From assembly GCA_938023515.1 (NCBI GenBank), contig CALJDR010000085.1:46-64045 (forward strand): a stretch of 64,000 nt of DNA. The letters are read 5' to 3'. Shown in pieces: positions 9,711 to 18,832 of the stretch (the stretch's first letter is position 1; every line of letters begins with the position of its first letter). Source of the stretch: an uncultured Flavobacteriales bacterium. Lineage in GTDB: Bacteria > Bacteroidota > Bacteroidia > Flavobacteriales > UBA1820. The notes under the pieces were generated by a model that saw only the letters and a list, made by a program, of their open reading frames with translations, searched no databases and had not been told where the DNA came from. Both the position numbers and the translations under genes were made by a program.

Positions 9711-10457
9711 ATGAAGATAATAGCCATGATCCCTGCGCGTTACGACTCATCGCGCTTCGAAGGCAAAATGCTCGCCGACCTTTGCGGCAAGCCCGTAATC
9801 GCCCGCACGCACGATGCGGCTATGGCCACCGGCCTTTTCGACGACGTGTATGTGGTTACCAACCACGATGGGATAGAAAAAGCCGTCCGTGATAACGGAG
9901 GGAAAGTAATACGGAGTATCAAACACCATGAAACGGGTTCCGACCGGATCGCCGAGGCCGTGGCAGGAATAGACTGCGACATCGTGATCAATATACAGGG
10001 CGACGAACCTTTTGTCACCCGGGAACCCTTGGAAAAGCTGATTACTGTCTTTAACGGCCCGGATGCTGACCGGATAGACCTCGCCTCGATGGTGCAGGAA
10101 ATTAAAAACCCTGCTTTCATCGACGACCCCAACTATGTGAAGGTCGTGATGGACAAAGACAATTTTGCGCTTTACTTTTCCCGTTCGCCGATCCCATACA
10201 ACCGCGCCGGCTCTGCCGATGTAAAATACTACGAGCATGTGGGCGTTTACGCCTTCCGCAAGCAATCCCTGCTCGATTTCGCCCAAGAAAGTGCCCGGCA
10301 GAACGAACTGGCCGAAAAAATAGAGTGTATCCGCTATCTGGAATACGGCAAACGCATCAAGATGGTGGAATCCCCATTCGTGAGCCTGGAGGTCGATACA
10401 CCCGAAGATTTGGTGAATGCCCGGGCCTATTTCGCCCAGCTCCACCCCGGTAAATGA
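9711..10457 (+). CDS. kdsB: 3-deoxy-manno-octulosonate cytidylyltransferase (CMP-Kdo synthetase)
   Basis: 248 aa. The N-terminus MKIIAMIPARYDSSRFEGKMLADLCGKP and the internal IQGDEPF motif are characteristic of KdsB. Confidence 0.9.
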   Translation: MKIIAMIPARYDSSRFEGKMLADLCGKPVIARTHDAAMATGLFDDVYVVTNHDGIEKAVRDNGGKVIRSIKHHETGSDRIAEAVAGIDCDIVINIQGDEPFVTREPLEKLITVFNGPDADRIDLASMVQEIKNPAFIDDPNYVKVVMDKDNFALYFSRSPIPYNRAGSADVKYYEHVGVYAFRKQSLLDFAQESARQNELAEKIECIRYLEYGKRIKMVESPFVSLEVDTPEDLVNARAYFAQLHPGK

Positions 10458-10484
10458 ACACAAAACAAAAAAAATGCATAAATT

Positions 10485-11564
10485 ATGAAATTTAGAAACT
10501 TCCCCCAGGTAGCGCGCGTATGCTTCGGCCGCGGAAGCCTGGACCAGGTCGGCGAGATCCTGGAACCGCACCGCAAAGGCGATGCCCCATTCATATTTTT
10601 TATCGATAATTTCTTCAACGGCAAAAAGGAATTCGTGTCCCGTTTCCCCCTTCAGGGCAAGGACGAGATCGTATTCGTAGATGTCAACCCGCACGAGCCT
10701 TCTACCTGGCAGGTAGACGAACTGCGCGACTACCTGAAGAATAAATTCGGCGAGGTATCGGGCGTGATCGGTGTAGGCGGCGGCGCTACGATGGACATTG
10801 CCAAAGCCGTAGCCCTGATGATGACCAACCCCGGTTCGGCGGCCGACTACCAGGGATGGGACCTGATAAAAGTGCCCGGTATTTTCCACATGGCCATCCC
10901 TACCCTTTCGGGAACGGGCGCCGAAGTATCCCGCACGGCCGTGCTGATCGGCCCGGAAAAGAAACTGGGGCTCAACTCCGACTACACGCCTTTCGACCAG
11001 GTGCTGCTCGATCCGGACCTGATCCACGACGTGCCCAAAAACCAGCGTTTCTTCACCGGTATGGACAACTATATCCACTGCGTGGAATCCCTCAACGGCT
11101 CCTACCTGAACGCTTTTTCCAAAGCATACGGTGAAAAGGCCCAGGAAATGTGTCTCAAGGCATTCCTCGGCACCGACACCTGGACGGCACAGTGCGACGA
11201 AGACTTGATGATGGCTTCCTGGATGGGCGGTATGAGCATCGCTTACTCGCAGGTGGGCGCGGCGCATGCCCTTAGCTATGGACTGGCCGTCGTATACGGC
11301 GTACGTCACGGCGAGGGATGCTGCATCGCATTCAACCAACTCTCGGAAATATATCCCGAAGGTGTGGCTAATTTCCACAAAATGATCGACAAATGGCAGA
11401 TCGACCTTCCGCGCGGTGTCTGCAAGGACGCCACCGAAGAACAGATGAACCTGATGATAAAGGTATCTTCGGGCATGGTTCCCCTTTGGGAGAACTGTTT
11501 GGGCAAAGACTGGCAGAAGATCATGACCCCGGAAAAAATGCGCGAACTTTACAGCAAAATGTAA
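10485..11564 (+). CDS. Group III iron-containing alcohol dehydrogenase family protein (KdnB-like candidate)
   Basis: 359 aa with the GGGATMDIAKA nucleotide/metal-site motif of Fe-ADH/dehydroquinate-synthase-like enzymes. It starts 27 nt after kdsB and shares its terminator. Confidence 0.75.
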   Translation: MKFRNFPQVARVCFGRGSLDQVGEILEPHRKGDAPFIFFIDNFFNGKKEFVSRFPLQGKDEIVFVDVNPHEPSTWQVDELRDYLKNKFGEVSGVIGVGGGATMDIAKAVALMMTNPGSAADYQGWDLIKVPGIFHMAIPTLSGTGAEVSRTAVLIGPEKKLGLNSDYTPFDQVLLDPDLIHDVPKNQRFFTGMDNYIHCVESLNGSYLNAFSKAYGEKAQEMCLKAFLGTDTWTAQCDEDLMMASWMGGMSIAYSQVGAAHALSYGLAVVYGVRHGEGCCIAFNQLSEIYPEGVANFHKMIDKWQIDLPRGVCKDATEEQMNLMIKVSSGMVPLWENCLGKDWQKIMTPEKMRELYSKM

Positions 11565-11584
11565 ACACTCGCCTCCGCAAAAAC

Positions 11585-11614
11585 AAAGCCGCGCCCTTTT
11601 GGGCGCGGCTTTTT
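11585..11614. terminator. Bidirectional terminator between the Fe-ADH gene and the convergent thioredoxin-like gene
   Basis: Stem gccgcgccc/gggcgcggc with a tttt loop, flanked by an A-run and a T-run. Confidence 0.75.
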
Positions 11615-11633
11615 ACATATAAGGGATAATTTC

Positions 11634-13079
11634 TTATTTCAGCAAAGCATTTATCGCATCGGCTGCCGAAGTGATATTCGACGGCCGCGGAGCCTTATTC
11701 GTCACCACCCGCCCGGTTTTATCCGCCAGCATATAGCTCGGATAGCCGGACAACCCATAAGCAGACATGAACAATCCTGTCGCATCGGCATCGAAATAAT
11801 AATTCTCGCCTTCGATATCCATTTGTTTCACCGTCTCGACCCATTTGCCCGTATCGGACGAAAGGCAGAGGTTGACGAACACCACATCCTTCCCGGCAAA
11901 TAATTTATGGAGCTCTTTGGCCGGGGCGAATTCTGCCCGGCACGGCCCACACCAGGTAGCATATACGTCGATGTAAAGTACTTTGCCCGGATGTTTAGCC
12001 GCCAGGTAAGCGACAATATCGGCGCACGGGATGTCCTGTACCTTATCGCCTTCCGCCAGATAGGATACGCCTTTCAGGGGAGCACCTTTATATTCTGCCA
12101 CGGCAGGAGATGTCTTTTCCCGGAGTTTTTGCAGGAAATAAGCGTCCGAAAAAACACCTTCGGGAAGACTGTCCGCCACCCGGGGCTGGATTTTGGCCAC
12201 CTGTTCCAGAAAACTGTACAGCATATAATCCCGCGCGAGCGAAGGAGGCAGCTTCAGGTATTCCTTCAATCCCGCTTCGAGCGTTTTTCCGGCATCCATT
12301 GCCCGGGCGCCTTCCATGATCTCAGGAGTTTTCTGCACGATCGTCCGGGCCACGGCCGAAAGATGGTAAGGGAACATCATCGACTGAAAACCGGCCGGAT
12401 CGTACAGGTCGAACAGCGGATCGGAGAACACCTGATAGCGTGCCTGAAGGTTATCCTCCCCATAGTCGAGGATATAATTGGCATAGGCGTATTTCAGGTC
12501 GCGTTTTCCCCACTCCACCAAAGAAAGCGGCAATCCTTTTTCCCGTGCATAACGGTCGATGGAGTCGTGTGCCTGTTCTAAAAATACTTTCAAGCTGGCC
12601 ACGAATTCGTCAGGCGGCAGGGTAAGATCAAACTTCGGAATAGGCAGATGGCACATATAGTCGTAAAATGCGGGTAGTTGGTTATTGATATCCGCATTAC
12701 TTCCTGAAGCTATTACACCATCAAATCCCCCGCCCCGGTAACGATCCATATCGATTTCGATGTATACCGAATCGGACGGATGGACGAAGAGGTTGATAAA
12801 CCGCCCACCGTAATTGACCGTGATGTTCTGGGTAAAGCTCATCGGATAGTCCGTATGGAAAGTCCCGTCCGGCGACACTTCCCGGGCGGCTTTATCCTTG
12901 TTATCCAACGGATCGCAGTAATTGACAGTCACTACTTTTCCATCGTCCGTCCGAAGATTTTTCAATTTTCCGGCCACTACGGTACGCTCAGGATGCAGTT
13001 TTCCATATTCAGACCGAGAGGACTGGGCCGCTATCGATACAGTTGAGAGGGCAAGAAGCAGAAAAATGAGTTGTTTCAT
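11634..13079 (-). CDS. Secreted thioredoxin-fold (TlpA-like) protein with a large N-terminal domain
   Basis: 481 aa with a signal peptide (MKQLIFLLLALSTVSIAAQS) and a C-terminal YATWCGPC thioredoxin motif. Confidence 0.75.
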   Translation of the reverse strand: MKQLIFLLLALSTVSIAAQSSRSEYGKLHPERTVVAGKLKNLRTDDGKVVTVNYCDPLDNKDKAAREVSPDGTFHTDYPMSFTQNITVNYGGRFINLFVHPSDSVYIEIDMDRYRGGGFDGVIASGSNADINNQLPAFYDYMCHLPIPKFDLTLPPDEFVASLKVFLEQAHDSIDRYAREKGLPLSLVEWGKRDLKYAYANYILDYGEDNLQARYQVFSDPLFDLYDPAGFQSMMFPYHLSAVARTIVQKTPEIMEGARAMDAGKTLEAGLKEYLKLPPSLARDYMLYSFLEQVAKIQPRVADSLPEGVFSDAYFLQKLREKTSPAVAEYKGAPLKGVSYLAEGDKVQDIPCADIVAYLAAKHPGKVLYIDVYATWCGPCRAEFAPAKELHKLFAGKDVVFVNLCLSSDTGKWVETVKQMDIEGENYYFDADATGLFMSAYGLSGYPSYMLADKTGRVVTNKAPRPSNITSAADAINALLK

Positions 13080-13507
13080 GGTATTATATTTACGTGTTCT
13101 CCATAAGACCTGTCGGCCACGGCAAAAGGTTTCACCCCGGTTGTATTTTTATTTTTCATTCAAATATAAGGAGAAAATCCCTGCCGGGCTCTTCCGTATT
13201 ACTTAAAAACATCCTTTTATTCCGCTTTCTTTTGCCGCTCCAAAAGAAAGACAGTGCAAGTCGAGGGTAATACCAAGGCGCAGCCTGTCTTATGCAAAGC
13301 GGCAAAGAAAACGAGCCTTTTTCCACGCAAACGGTTTAACTCCAACTGCTTCAATTCTGCAGAGGGCTTGCAAGCATTGGACGTCACGTTTCGCCCGCTG
13401 CAGAATTGGCTGGTTTGCAAACCGACGCTTTGGGAATACAGTGCTTGGACAGGATATTCGGTTTAAAAGGAGTTTTAATCTTTCCTGTTGCCCGGTTCGG
13501 CAAAAAT

Positions 13508-13523
13508 TATGATATTTGTCATA
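13508..13523. promoter_or_regulatory. Palindrome TATGA-N6-TCATA upstream of the crp/fnr-family gene
   Basis: tatgatatttgtcata lies 14 nt upstream of ATG 13537. Its geometry resembles CRP/FNR-type sites (5-N6-5), and it overlaps a near-consensus -7 box (GATATTTG). Confidence 0.3.
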
Positions 13524-13536
13524 GAAAGCCACCCCT

Positions 13537-14259
13537 ATGATCGACATCTATCCCTCCTACATCCCCTGCCCCGGCAAATGCTCAGTCTGCGGATTTCCTG
13601 ATATGACTGTCCTGAAGCATCTTTCACCATCCGAAAGGCTCGTATTAGAAAAGAGTGGCACGGGACAGCGCTTTCCGCGCAAGGCCGTCATCTTTTCCCA
13701 GGGAGATATTTTACAGAATGTCTACCTGATACGGCGCGGGACGGTAAAAGTATCCATACCGGGCCGAGCCGGCAAAGAGCACATCGTCCGCCTGTCCGGG
13801 GTAGGCGACCTAATCGGCTACCAGTCGGTGCTTACCGAGAACATCAGCCCTACCACGGCTGCTGCCATGACGGAGACGGACGTCTGCACTATCAGCAAAG
13901 CCTGCTTTTTCTCCCTGCTGCGTTCCAACAATACGCTGGCCCGCCGGATACTCTCGATGCTGGCACGGGAAATAGAGAATACCCAATATCGAATGTATTC
14001 GCTGTCCTATAAATCCGTCCGTGCCCGTATCGCCGAAAGCCTGCTCTCGATGGCCCGGTACTATGGCTACCTGGCAGATGAGCATACCATTGCAGGGCCT
14101 ATTTACCGCAAAGATCTGGCTGAATATTCAGGAGTGACGATAGAGAGTACAATACGCTGCCTGGGGGAACTCAAAAAAGAAGGCATCATTTCTTTGGCTG
14201 ACAAGCATATCTCCATCCGGGACGAAAAGACACTCACCTCCATAGCCCAGAATGAATGA
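13537..14259 (+). CDS. Crp/Fnr-family transcriptional regulator with a Cys-rich N-terminus
   Basis: 240 aa with a cNMP-binding-type beta-barrel and a C-terminal HTH (YSGVTIESTIRCLGELKKEGII). The N-terminus carries CPGKCSVC. An alternative start at M23 (13603) would remove that motif. Confidence 0.8.
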   Translation: MIDIYPSYIPCPGKCSVCGFPDMTVLKHLSPSERLVLEKSGTGQRFPRKAVIFSQGDILQNVYLIRRGTVKVSIPGRAGKEHIVRLSGVGDLIGYQSVLTENISPTTAAAMTETDVCTISKACFFSLLRSNNTLARRILSMLAREIENTQYRMYSLSYKSVRARIAESLLSMARYYGYLADEHTIAGPIYRKDLAEYSGVTIESTIRCLGELKKEGIISLADKHISIRDEKTLTSIAQNE

Positions 14260-15347
14260 AACACAGTATCCATCCTTCCTTCCGGCTTAACGGCGTTCCG
14301 CTGGGCAGCGACATCGAAGCCTTCTGCAGGCAGGTACAGCGAACCTTTGCCCCGGACGAATTGTCGGCCACTTACGGACAGGACATCCTGGATTTCATCC
14401 ACCGGTATATGGACGATTCCGACACCCTGATCTGTCATACTTCGGGCTCTACCGGAAAACCCAAGCCGATACAGCTGGAAAAAAAACGGATGGAAGCCAG
14501 CGCCCGCCTCACTTGCCAGCGGTTCGGTTTGGATGAAGGCATCCGGGCCCTGCTCTGCCTTCCCGTGTCATATATCGCCGGGCAGATGATGATCGTCCGG
14601 GCTCTGGTAACCGGATGGCATCTGAAAGCCACTATCCCCTCTTCCCGCTTCCTCGAACACACTGAGGGCCGGTTCGATTTTGCCGCGGTGGTACCCATGC
14701 AATTGTATCAAAGCATCGATGAACTCCACCGGGTTAGGACGATCCTGGTAGGTGGTGGCAGTATCTCCGAAGGATTTTTGAACAAACTGAAAGCAATAGA
14801 ACTGCCTTGTACCTCTATTTACCAATCGTACGCGATGACAGAGACGATCACCCATGTAGCGGTCCGGGAACTTTTCCCTCAGTTAGAAACCTGCTATACG
14901 GCCCTCGAAGGTGTCGGTTTCTCCCTTTCCCCCGAAGGTACGCTCATAGTGGATGCCCCGGCGGTAGCCAAAGACATCCTGATAACACGCGATGTCGCTG
15001 AACTGCTCGACAACCGCCGTTTCATCTGGCGCGGGCGCGCCGATACGGTGATCAATTCCGGAGGTATCAAGATTTTTCCGGAGGATACCGAAGCTGTCCT
15101 TTCGAAAATCATTCCCGGTAATTTCTTCGTGGCCGGTATCCCGGACGACCGGCTGGGCTCCCGCCAGGTATTGTTTGTAGAGGGGCGAAAAGAAGATTAT
15201 CCGGATTTGGAGCCATTCATAGCCGAACATCTGGATACCTACCACCGGCCGAAAGGGACGGTCTTTATTCCCTGCTTCCCGCAGACCCACACCGGCAAAA
15301 CCGACCGAAAAAAAATTACCGAAGACTACATTGATAGTCTCCGGTAA
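14256..15347 (+). CDS. menE: AMP-dependent synthetase/ligase, short MenE-like (O-succinylbenzoate-CoA ligase candidate)
   Basis: 363 aa with the adenylation motif TSGSTGKPK. Its ATG overlaps the crp/fnr stop codon (ATGA at 14256-14259). Confidence 0.6.
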   Translation: MKHSIHPSFRLNGVPLGSDIEAFCRQVQRTFAPDELSATYGQDILDFIHRYMDDSDTLICHTSGSTGKPKPIQLEKKRMEASARLTCQRFGLDEGIRALLCLPVSYIAGQMMIVRALVTGWHLKATIPSSRFLEHTEGRFDFAAVVPMQLYQSIDELHRVRTILVGGGSISEGFLNKLKAIELPCTSIYQSYAMTETITHVAVRELFPQLETCYTALEGVGFSLSPEGTLIVDAPAVAKDILITRDVAELLDNRRFIWRGRADTVINSGGIKIFPEDTEAVLSKIIPGNFFVAGIPDDRLGSRQVLFVEGRKEDYPDLEPFIAEHLDTYHRPKGTVFIPCFPQTHTGKTDRKKITEDYIDSLR

Positions 15348-15386
15348 TTTTCATTCATTCTTAAATACGCTCCGAATAACCTGCGA

Positions 15387-16739
15387 TCAGGCGCAGCCCA
15401 GGATTTTCCCTTTTATCTCGTCCACCATCGTACGGAATTTGCGGTCGGTATCCATCAGGTTAGCCACCGCTTTGCACGAATGGAGCACAGTGGAATGGTC
15501 ACGCCCGGCGATATGCGAGCCGATATGCTGGAGGGAATAGTTCTTGGTGAGCGACTTGGCAAAATACATGGCCACTTGCCGGGCCTGTACAATATCGCGT
15601 TTGCGGCTTTTGGATTCCAGTGAAGATACATCCACGTTCATTGCCTGACAAACCACCGTTTTGATATAATCGATCGTGATCTCTTTCTTGGTCGTGCGGA
15701 TAAACTGGCTCACCAGCGAAACGGCCAGATCCATCGTGATCTCCCGATGGGCCAGTACAGATTGTGCCAAAAGGGAATTGACCACTCCTTCCAGTTCGCG
15801 GACATTAGTATTGACCATACGGGCGATATAGCACACCACGTCTTCTGCAATCCGGATGTTGTCCCGTTCCAGTTTTGCAGAGAGAATTTGCAGGCGGTGT
15901 TCATAATCCGGCGCGCCGAGCTCGGCCTGCAGTCCCCACTTGAAACGAGAAAGCAACCGTTCTTCCATATCGCGCATATCCACCGGCGATTTGTCGGCCG
16001 TCAGGATGATCTGGCGACCGTTCTGGTGCAGATGGTTGAATATGTGGAAAAATACTTCCTGCGATCCGGTCTTGCCGCTGAAAAACTGTACGTCGTCGAT
16101 AATGAGTACATCCACCCCCTGATAGAAATTGATGAAATCGTTGCGCTTGTCCTGGCGGAACGAATCCACATACTGTTGGATGAACTTTTCGGAAGGTACG
16201 TAAAGTACTTTTTTAGACGGGTCGGCTGCCGCTACGGCATTGCCTACAGCTTGGGCCAGATGGGTTTTCCCCAGTCCTACGCCGCCATATATAAGGATGG
16301 GGTTGAAAGCCGTTTTACCGGGGCGTTCCGCGATTGTGCGGGCCGCACTGACAGCCAGTTGGTTGGACTTTCCTTCGATAAACGAGTCGAATGTATAGGC
16401 CGCATTGAGCTGCGATGAGAATTTCACGTATTGTACCTGCTGTGGGGCCATGTATTCGGCCTTGGGATCCGCCTGCGGACGGACGGCTTTAGGAAGGCTG
16501 TAGCGCAAACGTGCCTCGTTGCCTACTACCTCGTCCAATGCCTTGCGCAGGACCTCCGTATAGTTCTGTTCTATCCATTGATAAAATATCCGGTCGGGTA
16601 TCTCGACCGTGAGCGTCTTTCCATCCATGGACAACCCCTTGGTCGGCACGAACCATGTAGCGTATTCTTTCTGTGACACCCCCTGTTTTACAATAGACAG
16701 GCAAGCGTTCCAAAGAGAGGCAGCTGTTTCTCTTTTCAT
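15387..16739 (-). CDS. dnaA: Chromosomal replication initiator protein DnaA
   Basis: 450 aa with Walker A GGVGLGKTHL, an AAA+ core and a C-terminal DNA-binding domain (...RDIVQARQVAMYFAKSLT...SLQHIG...DHSTVLH). Confidence 0.95.
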   Translation of the reverse strand: MKRETAASLWNACLSIVKQGVSQKEYATWFVPTKGLSMDGKTLTVEIPDRIFYQWIEQNYTEVLRKALDEVVGNEARLRYSLPKAVRPQADPKAEYMAPQQVQYVKFSSQLNAAYTFDSFIEGKSNQLAVSAARTIAERPGKTAFNPILIYGGVGLGKTHLAQAVGNAVAAADPSKKVLYVPSEKFIQQYVDSFRQDKRNDFINFYQGVDVLIIDDVQFFSGKTGSQEVFFHIFNHLHQNGRQIILTADKSPVDMRDMEERLLSRFKWGLQAELGAPDYEHRLQILSAKLERDNIRIAEDVVCYIARMVNTNVRELEGVVNSLLAQSVLAHREITMDLAVSLVSQFIRTTKKEITIDYIKTVVCQAMNVDVSSLESKSRKRDIVQARQVAMYFAKSLTKNYSLQHIGSHIAGRDHSTVLHSCKAVANLMDTDRKFRTMVDEIKGKILGCA

Positions 16740-17162
16740 TTGTTAAATATTAATAAATCAGGATAGTAAAAACTATATCCGTAGTGGTCTTTCTTTCCCG
16801 TTTGGGCAAGACAAAAATGGCCGAAAAAAAGATGAAAAAAAAGCCGAAACGCCCTTGACTCGGAAGAATATTTTGTATATAGATTTCCTCAAGTTTAAAA
16901 TAATACCATGATTACCAAATACATGCAACTCCATTTTTAAATCTCATTAATATTATTTAACCTTACCTACATAAAATCACACTTCTGGCCTGATACACCG
17001 GCGATTGGAAAAACGGATCAAAAAATCCCAATTTCCATTAGTAAAATATCGGCAACCAATGTTGCTTTTTTCTTAAGAAAATGCAAAAATAAATTCCCGC
17101 AAAAATTTTGCGCCGTTCAAAAACGACGTTCCGTCTTTGCGGGAATTTTTCAAAAATTCATT

Positions 17163-17870
17163 TTAAAACATCGGCACTTCCATCAGCAGAACCTTGGATT
17201 TTTCCAGAGCCTCCACTTCTATGGCATCGACGTCCCAGATGCCTATACCGTCACGACGGGAAAGCGTCTCTCCGGCTACTTTGATGCTTCCTTCGATCAC
17301 GAACACATACACGCCGTGACCTTCCTGGTGAAGCTTGTAGCCGGCCTTTACGCCCTTATCCAGCTCACCCATCGAAAACCAGGCATCCTGGCGGATCGCA
17401 GCCGGGGTTTCCCCGTCCGGAGAAAGGAAGAGCGAGAACTCGTTCTTTTTCATCAGCGGGCGGATATCGAAATTATTGTATTTCGGCGGGGTATCCTTAT
17501 CACGCGGGAACACCCATATCTGCAGGAAGCCTACCGGTTCCTTGTCGCTGCCGTTGTATTCGCTGTGGAAAATGCCGCTTCCGGCACTCATCACCTGTAT
17601 ATCGCCCACTGTTATGGTCTGCTGGTTCTGTACGCTGTCCCCATGTTTCAGGTAACCCGTAAGGGGAATGGAGATCACCTCCATATTCTGGTGGGGATGC
17701 GTATCGAATCCTTTTGAAGGGGCCACCGTATCGTCGTTCAGCACCCGAAGTGCACCGAAATGCACCCGGGAAGGATTGTAATAATCGGCAAAACTGAAAG
17801 TATGGTGGGTTTTGAGCCATCCATGGTCGAAATAACCCCGCGAAGCAGCCTTATCAATAATCGTTTTCAT
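17163..17870 (-). CDS. Pirin-family cupin protein
   Basis: 235 aa with the HPHQNMEVISIPLTG cupin metal-binding motif and overall pirin-like sequence. Confidence 0.85.
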   Translation of the reverse strand: MKTIIDKAASRGYFDHGWLKTHHTFSFADYYNPSRVHFGALRVLNDDTVAPSKGFDTHPHQNMEVISIPLTGYLKHGDSVQNQQTITVGDIQVMSAGSGIFHSEYNGSDKEPVGFLQIWVFPRDKDTPPKYNNFDIRPLMKKNEFSLFLSPDGETPAAIRQDAWFSMGELDKGVKAGYKLHQEGHGVYVFVIEGSIKVAGETLSRRDGIGIWDVDAIEVEALEKSKVLLMEVPMF

Positions 17871-17992
17871 AATTAAATCTCCTTTATTTTGGTTTGGTTA
17901 TCTATCAAAGTTACGAATTTTTCCCCGAAAATCCAAACGATCGCCCCGCACATAAAAACCGGGCCTTGGAGACAGCCAAAAGAATTTTTAGC

Positions 17993-18000
17993 TATCTTTG
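17993..18000 (+). promoter_or_regulatory. Bacteroidota -7 promoter box upstream of yebC
   Basis: TATCTTTG lies 46 nt upstream of ATG 18047. Confidence 0.45.
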
Positions 18001-18046
18001 CATTCATCAATACAGTTACCGTTCTACACAAAGAATAAACAATAAA

Positions 18047-18754
18047 ATGGGAAGAGCATTCGAATACCGCAAAGCTACCAAGCTCAAACGCTGGGCTAAC
18101 ATGAGCAAGACCTTTACCCGTATCGGCAAGGAGATCACCATGGCTGTCAAGGAGTCCGGGGACAATCCCAAGAGCAATCTGCGCCTGCGTATGGCCATCC
18201 AGAACGCCAAAACGGCCAACATGCCGAAGGACAACATCGAACGTGCCATCAAAAAAGCTACCAGCAAGGACCAGGCAGACTATAAGGAAGTCGTTTATGA
18301 AGGATACGCCCCCCACGGCATCGCCGTACTGATCGAAACAGCGACGGACAACCACGTACGTACGGTGGCCAATATCCGGAGCATCTTCAACAAATACGGC
18401 GGTACGCTCGGTACTTCCGGCTCGGTCGATTTTATGTTCGAACGCAAGTGCTTCATCAAGATCGAGAAACCCGAAATGGATGTGGAAGAGCTCGAACTCG
18501 AACTGATCGATTACGGCGCCGAAGAGGTGTTCGCCGATGAAGAGGGCGTGATGATATACGGGGCTTTCGCTGATTTCGGCGCCCTGAACGCCGCTGTCGA
18601 GGAACGCGGACTGACGGTGACCACCACTGGCTTCGAGCGTGTGCCGGTAGATCTGAAGGAGCTCTCCGACGAGGAGAAAGCCGATGTGGAGCAGATAATC
18701 GAAAAGCTCGAGGAGGACGACGACGTACAGTACGTTTTTACCAATATGCAGTAA
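18047..18754 (+). CDS. yebC: YebC/PmpR-family transcriptional regulator / translation factor
   Basis: 235 aa from ATG 18047 (MGRAFEYRKATKLKRWANMSKTFTRIGKEI...). The ORF-track start at 17894 is an unsupported extension. Confidence 0.9.
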   Translation: MGRAFEYRKATKLKRWANMSKTFTRIGKEITMAVKESGDNPKSNLRLRMAIQNAKTANMPKDNIERAIKKATSKDQADYKEVVYEGYAPHGIAVLIETATDNHVRTVANIRSIFNKYGGTLGTSGSVDFMFERKCFIKIEKPEMDVEELELELIDYGAEEVFADEEGVMIYGAFADFGALNAAVEERGLTVTTTGFERVPVDLKELSDEEKADVEQIIEKLEEDDDVQYVFTNMQ

Positions 18755-18775
18755 CGAATATTCCGGATACAACCA

Positions 18776-18811
18776 CCCTCTTTGAACGGACTCGTTCAGG
18801 GAGGGTTTTTT
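18776..18811 (+). terminator. Terminator after yebC
   Basis: Imperfect hairpin ccctctttgaacg...cgttcagggaggg followed by tttttt. Confidence 0.6.
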
Positions 18812-18832
18812 ATCCGCAGACAGGAAAAAGAC

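Noticed and set aside
9747-11378. 543-aa ORF on the minus strand spanning kdsB and the Fe-ADH gene
   Set aside because: It is antisense to two ORFs with clear family motifs (IPARYDSSRF, GGGATMDIAKA). The sequence is low-complexity, rich in Gly/Val/His/Arg, and typical of shadow frames in GC-rich DNA.
16740-17162. AT-rich 420-bp region upstream of dnaA as oriC
   Set aside because: I scanned it by eye for TTATCCACA/TGTGGATAA-type DnaA boxes and found no good matches, only weak 2-mismatch candidates. The inverted repeat aaattcccgcaaa...tttgcgggaattt (about 17093-17148) is best explained as the pirin-gene terminator. An origin is not supported from this window alone.
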